Positions 9,705 through 19,909 are shown, counted from the first letter of the stretch. The stretch is 64,000 bases of DNA from a bacterium (GCA_963662285.2 CAXXMV010000001.1:512001-576000); one strand, 5' to 3'. Notes: generated from the sequence alone by a model not told the origin. Numbers and translations: made by a program.

Positions 9705-9742
9705 CAAGGGCTGACCGCAATGCGGTCTTGCCCTTGGCGCCC
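9705..9742 (+). repeat. 38-bp dispersed palindromic repeat (copy 1 of 3)
   Basis: CAAGGGCTGACCGCAATGCGGTCTTGCCCTTGGCGCCC; near-identical copies at 22115-22152 (-) and 37727-37764 (+). Confidence 0.85.
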
Positions 9743-9822
9743 GCCAATCCCTTCGGTTCTCTTCATACAAATATAAATTCATGACAACTGTATAGGGTTC
9801 TTTGACACACCGGCTAGAAGCC

Positions 9823-9862
9823 GATGCTCCCCATTCTATGATGCTTCCCACTCTATGATGCT
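9823..9862. repeat. Short tandem repeat, about 2.3 x 17 bp
   Basis: GATGCTCCCCATTCTAT / GATGCTTCCCACTCTAT / GATGCT, directly after the small hairpin CGGCTAGAAGCCG. Confidence 0.6.
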
Positions 9863-10631
9863 ATCCTAATAATTTTTCAAACGGGGGCGTGAATTCAAAA
9901 CCGGTGTAGGGATTATCCTGGAAATGCCGTATGGTCCATAAATAATACATGTGAAATCCCGGTGCGGAAACTTGTGAATGGTCGCGCTCATCGGTGATGC
10001 GAAGCAGATCGTGATTCTTCAACTTGTATACCGTCTCTCCCAGTTCGCCATGTCCATAACCCCAATCAGGTTCAAAACGGTAATAGTAAAGTTCCGGTTG
10101 AGAATGATGGTGGGGAGGATAACTGCTCCAACGCCCTGGGAAATTAATAACTTCGCCTAGCACCAGATTGGCTTCAGCTGGCGCGTTGCGCCGGTCGAAT
10201 ACGCATCGCACGATGCGGTAACTGGTATCATCCATCTGCCCCTTGCCGCGATGTTCGCTTTCTACTTCATCAGGCAAGTAGATTCGTTGTGGGAAGGTTT
10301 TCGCATTAGGCGTTTTGGTAATCGCCAATTCAGTCTGCGTCACCGCCTTAACCGTAACCGTGGTGTTGGGAGGAGAATGAACCGACCAGGGCGATTGTTC
10401 AATCAACGAAGTGCGATCAAACGCCGCCTGATTATTATCAATAACCAGGTCGCCGCTTCCTTTAAGCACCAGAATCGCGGTTTCCTGCTCGTCCGAAAAT
10501 GTTTGCGACTGCCCTGGCTCAAGCAAGAATATCCCGAAATCGAGTTGGGTTTCCTCATCATTTTCGAGGAATGGATTCCAGCCGCGTTCCAAGGATTTAT
10601 TTCTGAATTGAGTTAAGAGATCGTCTACCAT
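9861..10631 (-). CDS. iolB: 5-deoxy-glucuronate isomerase
   Basis: WSSYPPHHH and ELYYYRF cupin motifs of the KduI/IolB family; inositol gene context; ATG 10631 after AAAGGTG. Confidence 0.88.
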   Translation of the reverse strand: MVDDLLTQFRNKSLERGWNPFLENDEETQLDFGIFLLEPGQSQTFSDEQETAILVLKGSGDLVIDNNQAAFDRTSLIEQSPWSVHSPPNTTVTVKAVTQTELAITKTPNAKTFPQRIYLPDEVESEHRGKGQMDDTSYRIVRCVFDRRNAPAEANLVLGEVINFPGRWSSYPPHHHSQPELYYYRFEPDWGYGHGELGETVYKLKNHDLLRITDERDHSQVSAPGFHMYYLWTIRHFQDNPYTGFEFTPPFEKLLG

Positions 10632-10647
10632 TATTAAGTACACCTTT

Positions 10648-11730
10648 CTAAAGAGGGATCATGCGGTCGCGAATAACTTTGACTAATGATTCATAGCCCC
10701 CCAGAAACTGGCTAAGAGTAATTTTGTTGGGGCCGTAATCATCAAACTGCTCCGGCGTCATACCATCCGGTTCGTAAGATTTGCGGAAATCTTCAAATTT
10801 ATTTTGCAACTCATCAAGAATTTTAGCATCCACTGGATTATCCATCCGGGGAATTGCTTTGATATCGGAATTGTTAAACTGCACCTGCCATTCGTAGGGG
10901 ATCGAAACCACCAGGTCGCCGCCGATAAACTCTGACCAATGCATGTGGCAGCGGTAAGCGGCTGAAAGCAGCCGGATGCGGTAGCCGCGTTCCTGATATA
11001 TCTGATAAGCCTTTTTCATGATGGCAACGCCAGCATAATTGAAATAGCCGGGATCAGTAATGATGCCATCCCTGCTTGCAACTTTGCGCAGCCAGTCGTC
11101 AATTCGCCCCACCATGATAGTGCAGACGGGCGACATATCATCTATACTTTTGCCTTCCGCCTCACGCCGTTTCAAGCCGCGCTCCACCGCCTCAGCCACG
11201 GCCACCGCCTGGGGAACGCTGAAACTGACGGTAGCGTTTATATTTACGCCGCGGTAAGTTACCTCTTCGATAGCTTTAACGCCTGCTGCAGAAACCGGGA
11301 TTTTAACCTGCATATTAGGCGCCAGGGTATCAAAATACACAGTTTGTTCAACGATGCGGTCAGTGTTATTCCATGATTTCGGGCTGGTCTGAATCGATAT
11401 ACGGCCTTTTTTACCTTTGTGTTTATCAAAAGCGGGTTTAAGCAGTTGAGCGCCTTTAACCGCCAATTCCTCAATAAGCATCCAGGTTATTTCGTCTTCG
11501 GAAGAACTGGGATTATCGCGCACCAGTTCATTTATGCGATCCGACCAGAGATGCATCTCTTTTTTCAATACATTACCGACAATAACCGGGTTGGTAGTAG
11601 CGCCAACAGCGCCATGACCGATTGCATAGGTAAGTTCTTCCTGTGAACACGAATCGTTCCAGAGATCGGTGCAGGTAGTGCAGGTCATTTCATGCAGGGG
11701 GCTTTTAAAGGAATTTGATTGATCATTCAT
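10648..11730 (-). CDS. Transaldolase/fructose-6-phosphate aldolase family protein (atypical active site)
   Basis: GATTNP, Schiff-base VKIP, NATVSFS and VGRIDD motifs. Confidence 0.88.
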   Translation of the reverse strand: MNDQSNSFKSPLHEMTCTTCTDLWNDSCSQEELTYAIGHGAVGATTNPVIVGNVLKKEMHLWSDRINELVRDNPSSSEDEITWMLIEELAVKGAQLLKPAFDKHKGKKGRISIQTSPKSWNNTDRIVEQTVYFDTLAPNMQVKIPVSAAGVKAIEEVTYRGVNINATVSFSVPQAVAVAEAVERGLKRREAEGKSIDDMSPVCTIMVGRIDDWLRKVASRDGIITDPGYFNYAGVAIMKKAYQIYQERGYRIRLLSAAYRCHMHWSEFIGGDLVVSIPYEWQVQFNNSDIKAIPRMDNPVDAKILDELQNKFEDFRKSYEPDGMTPEQFDDYGPNKITLSQFLGGYESLVKVIRDRMIPL

Positions 11731-12083
11731 AATTGATTTACCCTAACTTTTAATATCCGAATCATGAAAAATCGAAATAATATTAATTTTCCATATAAAA
11801 GGATAATAAAAACTTACGATTCAATAGTCTAGACAAGCCAACATGCCTTTCTGTAAAGTAAGCTGAAGCTATCTTGAATAATTGTTTTTTGTATTACTAT
11901 TTTGTGAATAAATAAAGTATCCTGATGATTTTCCTGATAATTCGCTTTTGTAATCGTTTTTTCTCTTTCAATAGAGTTTTATTCTGATTTTTCCTATAAT
12001 AACTGGTGCATCAAGTAATCCAGACGTGTTTTTAATAAAACTAATTTGTTTAAAAGAAACAAATATAAGGAGTCGCAATAAAT

Positions 12084-13559
12084 ATGAAGATTCTTAAAAA
12101 CTATATCAACGGGCAGTGGGTAGAGGCTGAAAACGAAGGATTAATAGATATCGAAAATCCCAGTACTGGCGAAATTCTGGCTCAAAATCCTCTTTCAACT
12201 ACCGCAGAAGCGAACCGCGCCATCAGCGCAGCGGCGGAAGCCTTCAAAACCTGGAGCCATACTCCGGTTTCGCGTCGGGTGCAGCCATTATTCAAATTGG
12301 TTGAACTTCTCAAACAACACGAAGACGATATTGCCAGAGTACTGGTAGCAGAAATGGGCAAATCCATGGCCGACGCCCGCGCCGAGATGAAGCGGGTTCT
12401 GGAAAATTGCGAAGTGGCCTGTGGTATGCCGGTTCTGCAACAGGGCGATAAACTGATCGGCTGTTCATACGGGATCGACGGTGAGGTAATTCATCTACCC
12501 ATCGGAGTATTCACCATGATCGCCCCCTTCAATTTCCCCGCCATGGTTCCATTCTGGTTTATTCCCTACGCATTGGCGACGGGCAACACCTTCGTAATCA
12601 AAGCATCTTCCCAGGTTCCCATGACCATGCAATTGATCACTGAATACATAGACAAAGCCGGTTTCCCTGCTGGAACCTATAATCTGGTCAACGGCAGCCG
12701 TGCGGTTTCCAATGCTTTCATGGATAGCGAGACGGTCAAAGGCGTTTCACTGGTAGGCTCTACGCCGACCTGTAAGGTTATCGCTGAAAAATGCGCTAAA
12801 TCCAACAAACGGTTCCAGGCCATGGGTGGCGCCAAAAACCATCTGGTTATCATGCCTGACGCCAAAATTGATGAAGTAATCAGAAACATGGTCAGTTCCT
12901 GCTATGGATGCGCTGGTCAACGTTGCATGGCCTCATCGGCTATCGTGGCGGTTGGCGATGATGTTTACAAAGAGACCTGCGAAAAGTTCGTGGCAGATTC
13001 CAAGAATGTAATCACGGCCAATCCACTTGATCCCAAATACATTGAAGAAGGCATGTTGATGGGTCCGGTCATCTCGGCCAAAGCCAAAAAATTCATCCTG
13101 AGCATGATCGACAAAGGCATTGAAGAAGGCGCAACCCTGGCGCTGGATGGACGCGGTATCACCATTCCAGGCTGCGAAAAAGGTCATTTCATTGGCCCGA
13201 CGGTGTTCACCGACGTCAAACCTGGTATGGAAATCCACAAGACTGAGATATTCGGACCAGTCGTCATAATCATGAAAGCAGATTCATTTGATGAAGCGAT
13301 AGAGATTGTCAACAGCCATGAATACGGTAATGGCGCATCAATTTACACCCAAAACGGATATTACGCCCGTGAATTCAAACTACGCGTGGAATGCGGTATG
13401 ATCGGCGTTAATGTCGGCATCCCGGCGCCAGTGGCTTATCTACCCTTCGGCGGTATGAAAGAATCGCAATACGCCGACATCAAAGCGCAGGGTAAAGCGG
13501 TTATTAACTTCTTCACCGAAGACCGGATTATCACCGAGCGTTATTGGGACGAGAAATAG
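12084..13559 (+). CDS. iolA: CoA-acylating (methyl)malonate-semialdehyde dehydrogenase
   Basis: APFNFPAMVP, MGGAKNH, GCAGQRCMA, EIFGPV, YGNGASIYT and GVNVGIPAP motifs; inositol context. Confidence 0.92.
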   Translation: MKILKNYINGQWVEAENEGLIDIENPSTGEILAQNPLSTTAEANRAISAAAEAFKTWSHTPVSRRVQPLFKLVELLKQHEDDIARVLVAEMGKSMADARAEMKRVLENCEVACGMPVLQQGDKLIGCSYGIDGEVIHLPIGVFTMIAPFNFPAMVPFWFIPYALATGNTFVIKASSQVPMTMQLITEYIDKAGFPAGTYNLVNGSRAVSNAFMDSETVKGVSLVGSTPTCKVIAEKCAKSNKRFQAMGGAKNHLVIMPDAKIDEVIRNMVSSCYGCAGQRCMASSAIVAVGDDVYKETCEKFVADSKNVITANPLDPKYIEEGMLMGPVISAKAKKFILSMIDKGIEEGATLALDGRGITIPGCEKGHFIGPTVFTDVKPGMEIHKTEIFGPVVIIMKADSFDEAIEIVNSHEYGNGASIYTQNGYYAREFKLRVECGMIGVNVGIPAPVAYLPFGGMKESQYADIKAQGKAVINFFTEDRIITERYWDEK

Positions 13560-13580
13560 TTCTGGCTTATATGATCAATA

Positions 13581-13614
13581 TCAAAATCCGGGAGATTAAA
13601 CTCCCGGATTTTGA
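13581..13614 (+). terminator. Hairpin terminator after iolA
   Basis: TCAAAATCCGGGAG-ATTAAA-CTCCCGGATTTTGA, a perfect 14-bp stem. Confidence 0.75.
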
Positions 13615-13676
13615 ATAAAACTTGTTTCAATAAGCATAAACTAATGAGATATGTGACAATATCTTTAAGAGGAAAT

Positions 13677-14696
13677 ATGAATAATAAGAAAGAAAGAGCA
13701 CCAAGAAACCGAACTACTATATTAACAGATGCAGATAGGGATATTTTTTCTAAAAATTTGCTATTTTTAACCGAAAAAGTTACTCTAGATCATGTGATTT
13801 GTAAAACAATTAATCAGAATATACACGATGCAATTCTTCTGCTACCAGATAAAAGTATAGACCTACTTGTTGTTGATCCTCCTTATAATATGAATAAAAC
13901 TTTTAATGGTAGACAATTTGCTAAAAAAACGCTTGATGATTATGAGGAATGGTTAGACTCTTGGATTGGCGAACTTGTACGTATATTAAAAAAAACAGCA
14001 TCTATATATGTGTGTGGTGACTGGCAATCTTCTACCGCAATCCATAGAGTAACCCAAAAATATTTCTATGTAAGAAACAGAATAACATGGGAAAGAGAAA
14101 AGGGACGTGGCGCAAAAACAAATTGGAAAAATTGCTCTGAAGATGTTTGGTTTTGTACAATATCAAAAGAATACACATTTAATGTTGAATCAGTCAAGAT
14201 GAAACGCAAGGTTATTGCTCCATATACTGACAATAATGGCCAACCAAAAGACTGGGAAAAAACAGATAATGGTAAATTCAGAATTACACATCCATCAAAT
14301 CTGTGGAATGATATATCTATCCCATTCTGGTCTATGCCAGAAAACACTGATCATCCAACTCAAAAACCTGAAAAGCTGATAGCAAAACTTATTCTTGCGT
14401 CTTCGAATAAAGGAGATGTTGTATTTGATCCTTTTCTAGGTAGTGGAACTACATCAGTTGTGGCAAAAAAATTGGGTCGAAAGTATATTGGCGTGGAAAT
14501 TGATCGGGATTATTGTTGTCTATCTGAAAAACGTCTATCCATGGTTGATTATGACAATACGATACAAGGTTATTCTGGAGGACACTTTTGGGAACGCAAT
14601 ACTCTTGCAAAACAAACAAAATCTAATGGCGACAAAAAGACAAATGCAAAGCCAGATAATCAACAAGTTTTGTTATTTGGAGAGAATATAATATAA
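13677..14696 (+). CDS. Site-specific DNA amino-methyltransferase, beta class
   Basis: DPPY catalytic motif precedes HPTQKP and DPFLGSGTT (SAM binding), the beta order; ATG 13677 after AGAGG. Confidence 0.93.
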   Translation: MNNKKERAPRNRTTILTDADRDIFSKNLLFLTEKVTLDHVICKTINQNIHDAILLLPDKSIDLLVVDPPYNMNKTFNGRQFAKKTLDDYEEWLDSWIGELVRILKKTASIYVCGDWQSSTAIHRVTQKYFYVRNRITWEREKGRGAKTNWKNCSEDVWFCTISKEYTFNVESVKMKRKVIAPYTDNNGQPKDWEKTDNGKFRITHPSNLWNDISIPFWSMPENTDHPTQKPEKLIAKLILASSNKGDVVFDPFLGSGTTSVVAKKLGRKYIGVEIDRDYCCLSEKRLSMVDYDNTIQGYSGGHFWERNTLAKQTKSNGDKKTNAKPDNQQVLLFGENII

Positions 14697-15322
14697 TATG
14701 AAAAGCAAAATATTTTATACTGATCACCATAATATTATCGGGGATAAGGTTAAAGACTATCTTAATGAACATGGTGATTTTCTGTCTCCACAAACTGCAC
14801 AAAGTACAAGGGCTGTAGGAGATGCTGTTGAAGGAATATTATCTGATAAATTTGATATATTTCTTGGTGATGCATGCAAAGAATATCAAAAAGACTTTGC
14901 AAGAAGATCAATGGCAGATTTGGCATTCAAAGATAACGATGATTTTTATTATGTTGTAGATGTTAAAACTCACCGAATAGAAACAAAATTCAATATGCCA
15001 AATCTTACATCCGTACAAAGGCTATCTAGACTTTATGAAGATGACAATAATTATTTTTCTATTTTAATTATAAAATATTCACTAACAGATATAACAGCAA
15101 CAATATCTGATGTTCTCTTTATACCAATTGAATTTTTGGGATGGGATTGTCTTACTATTGGTGCTTTAGGGTGGGGGCAGATTCAGATAGCCAATTCGAA
15201 TAATATTACTGTGAATGAAGGATACTCAAGAAAAAAATGGATGCTAAATCTCTGCGATGTTATGGCAGAGTTTTACCCCAAGGAGATTGCCAAAATAACA
15301 GATAGACTCAGTTATTTTGAGA

Positions 15323-16828
15323 CACTAGTGTCCGGGATACGAGAGCAGAAAGTTCAATAACCGTTTTAAAATACAAGAGTTAGATGAGGTAAAAACTTTT
15401 ATCGATATGAGATTGACTTTACTCTAAAACCATACTTTTTTTAGGGGATGGTTCATGAGTATCGAAAAAACAGTCTTTTCTCAATTGATGGAGTTATATT
15501 CTCCTTATGATTTTCGAAAATGCGTAGAGCGATATAACGGGAATTATCGAGTCAAAAAGTTTTTATGCCGAGATCAATATCTCTGTATGGCTTTTGCACA
15601 ATTAACCTATCGGGAAAGTCTACGAGATATTGAAATCTGTTTGCGTTCCATGCAAGAGCGGCTCTATCATATGGGTATACGGGGAAAAGTATCCCGCAGC
15701 ACATTAGCCGAAGCCAACGAGAAAAGAGATTGGCGTATCTATGCGGAATTTGCTCAGGTTCTGATTCATAGTGCGAGAGAATTATACGTTAATGAAGAGT
15801 TTGGCGTCCAACTCGATGAAACGGTATATGCTCTAGATGCCTCAACCATTGATCTGTGTTTATCGCTATTCCCCTGGGCGAGATTTCGTAAAAAGAAAGG
15901 AGCCGTCAAATTACATACTCTGATTGATCTGCGGGGGAATATTCCAGTCTTCATTCATATTACAAATGGTAAGGTTCATGATGTGAATGTCCTGGATATT
16001 CTGATTCCCGAACCGGGTTCGATTTATTTGATGGATCGGGGATATTTCGATTTTAGGCGTTTGTATACGTTAGATCAGGAGCGTGCCTTTTTTGTTACGC
16101 GCTTGAAAAAGAATACAAAATTTGAACGCGTCTATTCTCGTCCGGTCGATAAAAGTACGGGTTTGAGGTGCGATCAAACGATTAAACTGGTCAATGCTGA
16201 TTCGGTTAAGGATTATCCTGGTCATCTTCGTCGCGTGGGGTATTATGACAGGAAAACAGAAAGACGGTTTGATTATTTAACCAACAATTTCGCCGTCCCG
16301 GCATTAACGGTTGCCGATCTTTTTCGGTGTCGTTGGCAGGTAGAATTGTTCTTTAAATGGATCAAGCAACATTTGCGTATCAAGACGTTTTATGGAACAT
16401 CGGAAAACGCTGTTAAAACACAAATCTGGACCGCTATATCAGTCTATGCATTGGTGGCGATTCTCAGGAAGCAGTTGAACCTGGAACAAAGTTTGTATAC
16501 GATTCTTCAAGTGTTAAGCGTAACACTTTTCGAGAAGAGACCGATTCATCAATTATTTGCTGAACCGGAAATGATGAATCTAGTATTTGTGGAGAATGAT
16601 CGGTTTCCATTATTCGAGGGTCTGGAAAACGAATGGGAATGAGCAATTCAATGATAAAAGTTGTGAGATTGAAAAATGTCAGTTTCTACACTTTTTATGT
16701 AAGTTCTAATAAAGAGAAAATGCAAAAAAGCCTTATTTTGGGGACTTTTTAAAGTGCAGTTTACGCTTTTCTCTATACTGCACTTCATAAACCCTTTAAA
16801 TTCAAAGAGTAACAACCGGACACTAGTG
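15323..16828 (+). mobile_element. IS4-family insertion sequence, 1506 bp
   Basis: Perfect 13-bp terminal inverted repeats CACTAGTGTCCGG; 9-bp direct repeat ATTTTGAGA at 15314-15322 and 16829-16837; single DDE transposase. Confidence 0.96.
15455..16642 (+). CDS. IS4-family DDE transposase (DUF4372-type N-terminus)
   Basis: FAQLTYRESLRDI N-terminus; ALDAST, MDRGY and RWQVELFFKWIKQ motifs (the YREK-type motif reads F-R-x-R-W here). Confidence 0.95.
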   Translation: MSIEKTVFSQLMELYSPYDFRKCVERYNGNYRVKKFLCRDQYLCMAFAQLTYRESLRDIEICLRSMQERLYHMGIRGKVSRSTLAEANEKRDWRIYAEFAQVLIHSARELYVNEEFGVQLDETVYALDASTIDLCLSLFPWARFRKKKGAVKLHTLIDLRGNIPVFIHITNGKVHDVNVLDILIPEPGSIYLMDRGYFDFRRLYTLDQERAFFVTRLKKNTKFERVYSRPVDKSTGLRCDQTIKLVNADSVKDYPGHLRRVGYYDRKTERRFDYLTNNFAVPALTVADLFRCRWQVELFFKWIKQHLRIKTFYGTSENAVKTQIWTAISVYALVAILRKQLNLEQSLYTILQVLSVTLFEKRPIHQLFAEPEMMNLVFVENDRFPLFEGLENEWE

Positions 16829-16998
16829 ATTTTGAGAAAGTTAAAAGGTTTTGGGAAGATAAGCCAGATGAATAAAGTCATATCCATTCCCCAAGTGGAT
16901 ATGTATCGATCCAAACCTTCGGTATCGATTTCATTTGTCAGTCTTATTATGCCAGTAAAGCAAAGTTTTAACTACTATACCAATGATTGGAGCAGATC

Positions 16999-17574
16999 AT
17001 GAAAGTTGTAGCCTTCAATGGAAGCGCCCGTAAAGATGGCAATACCGCCATAATGGTTAAACAGGTATTAAGCGAACTGGAAAAAGAGGGCATTGAAACA
17101 GAAATGATCCAATTTTCCGGTAAAGCCATCCGGGGATGTTTGGCCTGTTACCAATGCTTTGAAAAAAAGGATCAACGTTGCTCGAATAAGAGCGACATTG
17201 TGAATGAATGCATCGAAAAGATCATCGAAGCGGATGGAATTATCCTGGCTTCACCGACCTATTTTTCAGACGTTTCAGCGGAACTCAAGGCGTTGATCGA
17301 CCGGGCTGGTCTGGTGGCCAAGGCCAATGACAACCTTTTCCGGCGTAAAGTAGGCGCCGCAGTGGTATCCGTCCGGCGCGGAGGTTCAATCCACGCCTTC
17401 GATACCATAAACCACTTTTACCTGCTCGGAGAAATGATCGTCCCCGGTTCTATTTACTGGAATATGGGATTCGGGTTGGATAAGGGAGAGGTTGAGAAAG
17501 ACGAGGAAGGACTTAGAACTATGCAAGCCCTGGGTCAGAACATGGCCTGGCTGCTGAAGAAGATAAACGCTTAG
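16999..17574 (+). CDS. Iron-sulfur flavoprotein / NADPH-dependent FMN reductase family
   Basis: FNGSARKDGNT, CxxCxxC-x6-C, ASPTYF, RRGG; ATG 16999 after GGAG. Confidence 0.9.
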   Translation: MKVVAFNGSARKDGNTAIMVKQVLSELEKEGIETEMIQFSGKAIRGCLACYQCFEKKDQRCSNKSDIVNECIEKIIEADGIILASPTYFSDVSAELKALIDRAGLVAKANDNLFRRKVGAAVVSVRRGGSIHAFDTINHFYLLGEMIVPGSIYWNMGFGLDKGEVEKDEEGLRTMQALGQNMAWLLKKINA

Positions 17575-17595
17575 AATAATTCCAATATAAAACAC

Positions 17596-17635
17596 CGGGC
17601 CGCTCAGCAAGAAGATTGCCGGGCGGCCCGTTTTT
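17596..17635. terminator. Hairpin between convergent genes
   Basis: CGGGCCGCTC...GGGCGGCCCG stem followed by TTTTT. Confidence 0.7.
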
Positions 17636-17651
17636 GTATTCTTTGTATCTA

Positions 17652-19523
17652 TTATAGGAAATATTTCTCTTTTTTGATCATTTCTACATAATTCTTTCTG
17701 GCTTCCTGGACGGATTCGATGCCGGAAACTTCCGGTACAGCTACATCCCACCAGGAATCATAACCAGGGGCGTATTCTTCTGGATCGATATCAATGGCGA
17801 TCATGGTTGTTTTATCGAATGTCTTGGCTTTTTCCAGAGCCTGGACAATTTCATCCTTGGTGCTGGCTTTAATAACATTGGCGCCCAGACTGGCTGCGTT
17901 GGCGGCGAAATCGATGGGTAGATTTTCTCCGGCCAGCAATCCTGATTGGGGTTCACGGAACTTGAACTGGTTACCGAAACCATGGCTGCCGCAAGACTTA
18001 GCCAGGCCGCGGATGCAGTTGAAGCCATAGTTGTTCAAGAAAACAATAGTAATTTTGTATCCTTCCTGAATCGAGGTAACTATTTCATTGGAGAGCATCA
18101 AGTAGGAGCCATCGCCGATCATGACATATACTTCGCCATCGGGATTAGCCATTTTAACGCCGAAACCGCCTGCAATTTCATAGCCCATGCAGGAGTAACC
18201 ATATTCCAGGTGATATCCCTTATATGACTTGGTGCGCCATAATTTGTGCAGGTCGCCAGGCAATCCACCCGCAGCGCAAACCATGACATCGTTTGATCCT
18301 GCGAAATTGGTGACCGCGCCGATGACTTCGCCCTGGCTGATTTGCTTGTTACCCAGGTTGAAGATGCGCTCTTCCTCTTTACGCCAATCGCTTATAAGGG
18401 CTGATATTTCAGACGCATAGGCCTCATCGGTCTTGCGTCCTGCATCTTTGAGAGCAGCTGTTAAATCGGTTAGTCCGACTTTTGCGTCGCAGATCAATGG
18501 AACAGCCGAATGTTTCACTGCATCAAAATTACAGACGTTTAAGCCTATGAACTTCACATCAGGATTCTGGAACTGTGTTTTTGAAGCGGTGGTGAAATCA
18601 CTTAAACGGGTCCCGATATTAATTACCAGATCAGCTTTTAGCGCCATCTGGTTAGCAGCTGAGGTTCCCGTAACGCCAATCGCGCCTAAGTTATATTTAT
18701 GATCCCACAGTAAAGAGCCTTTACCGGCTTGGGTTTCGCTGACTGGGATGCCGGTTGATTCACAGAAAGCCTCTAATTCCTTGGATGCTTCTGAATAATG
18801 TACGCCGCCGCCGGCGATAACCAGGGGGCGTTTGCTCTCTTTGATCCATTGAACGGCTTTATCCAACATAGCCTTTTCGGGTCTTTGGCGGGGTATGTGA
18901 TAGACCCGTTTGTTGAAGAATTCCTCTGGATAATCGAATGCTTCGGTCTGCACATCCTGGGGAATAGCGATGGTTACCGCGCCCGTGTCGGCTGGGCTGG
19001 TTAAGACGCGCATAGCCTCAGGCAGGGCGGTTATAATCTGGTCGGGGCGATTGATGCGATCCCAATATTTACTTACAGGCTTGAAGCAATCGTTCACCGA
19101 AATATCTTGAGACTGCTGTGATTCCAATTGCTGCAATACCGGGGCCACGTTACGCCGCGCGAAGATGTCGCCGGGCAACAGCAACACGGGAATGCGGTTG
19201 ATGGTGGCCGTAGCGGCGCCGGTAATCATATTGGTAGCGCCCGGTCCGATGGAGCTGGTGCAGATAAATGCTTTCATGCGCCGGTTTTGTTTGGCGAAGG
19301 CTGTGGCGGTATGAACCATGCCCTGCTCGTTACGGCATTGCATGTAACGCATTTCATCTTTATATTCTTCCAGCGCCAATCCTAATCCAGCAACCATGCC
19401 GTGTCCGAATATGCCAAAGACTCCCTCGAAAAAGCGGTTTTCAACTCCATCCCTCTCCACATATTGGTTGCACAGAAACTTGAGCAACGCTTGCGCCATA
19501 GTTAATCGGATTGTTTTACCCAT
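17652..19523 (-). CDS. iolD: 3D-(3,5/4)-trihydroxycyclohexane-1,2-dione acylhydrolase
   Basis: TIRLTMAQAL, GIFGHG, RNEQGM, SSIGPGA, EYGYSCMGYE, GDGSYLM (ThDP) and SWWDV motifs. Confidence 0.96.
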   Translation of the reverse strand: MGKTIRLTMAQALLKFLCNQYVERDGVENRFFEGVFGIFGHGMVAGLGLALEEYKDEMRYMQCRNEQGMVHTATAFAKQNRRMKAFICTSSIGPGATNMITGAATATINRIPVLLLPGDIFARRNVAPVLQQLESQQSQDISVNDCFKPVSKYWDRINRPDQIITALPEAMRVLTSPADTGAVTIAIPQDVQTEAFDYPEEFFNKRVYHIPRQRPEKAMLDKAVQWIKESKRPLVIAGGGVHYSEASKELEAFCESTGIPVSETQAGKGSLLWDHKYNLGAIGVTGTSAANQMALKADLVINIGTRLSDFTTASKTQFQNPDVKFIGLNVCNFDAVKHSAVPLICDAKVGLTDLTAALKDAGRKTDEAYASEISALISDWRKEEERIFNLGNKQISQGEVIGAVTNFAGSNDVMVCAAGGLPGDLHKLWRTKSYKGYHLEYGYSCMGYEIAGGFGVKMANPDGEVYVMIGDGSYLMLSNEIVTSIQEGYKITIVFLNNYGFNCIRGLAKSCGSHGFGNQFKFREPQSGLLAGENLPIDFAANAASLGANVIKASTKDEIVQALEKAKTFDKTTMIAIDIDPEEYAPGYDSWWDVAVPEVSGIESVQEARKNYVEMIKKEKYFL

Positions 19524-19909
19524 TGCTGATTACCCTTTCGCTTTGTAATAGAAAACAGTTAAAATTGTTTCTTGCTAAATTTCAAGGACATTAATCGATT
19601 GATTTATCCGAATACATGTTACAGTTATTGAATAACATTTTCAAAATTCTTACAATATCATCCCGACCATCATCCAAAAAATAACTTCCTGCATACTTCA
19701 TATAAAAAAAATTGTCTATAATCAAGGGAAGCATCAAATCTATGGGGTACAAATTTCACAAATCAATGTTCTTCCTCAAGAATGATTTACCGCTTATATG
19801 CTTTTAATTCTTCAGTCCTAGTTGATTTTCACCATAGTTTATGCGAAAGTTTCCTTCAGAAGAATAAATGATATAAAATTCTAGTTTTTCAAAAGATATA
19901 ACTCATATA

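Larger units (their letters stand above)
14698..16875 (+). pseudogene. Putative type II restriction endonuclease (PD-(D/E)xK), interrupted near its 3' end by an IS4-family element
   Basis: Directly follows the MTase; ADL...VVDVK motif. Removing the IS and one TSD restores ...DRLSYFEKVKRFWEDKPDE* ending at TAA 16873-16875. The current reading frame is 14698-15360. Confidence 0.75.

Noticed and set aside
16648-17002. Short ORFs 16648-16914 (-) and 16754-17002 (+)
   Set aside because: They straddle the IS right end and the displaced endonuclease tail, with no recognisable motifs.
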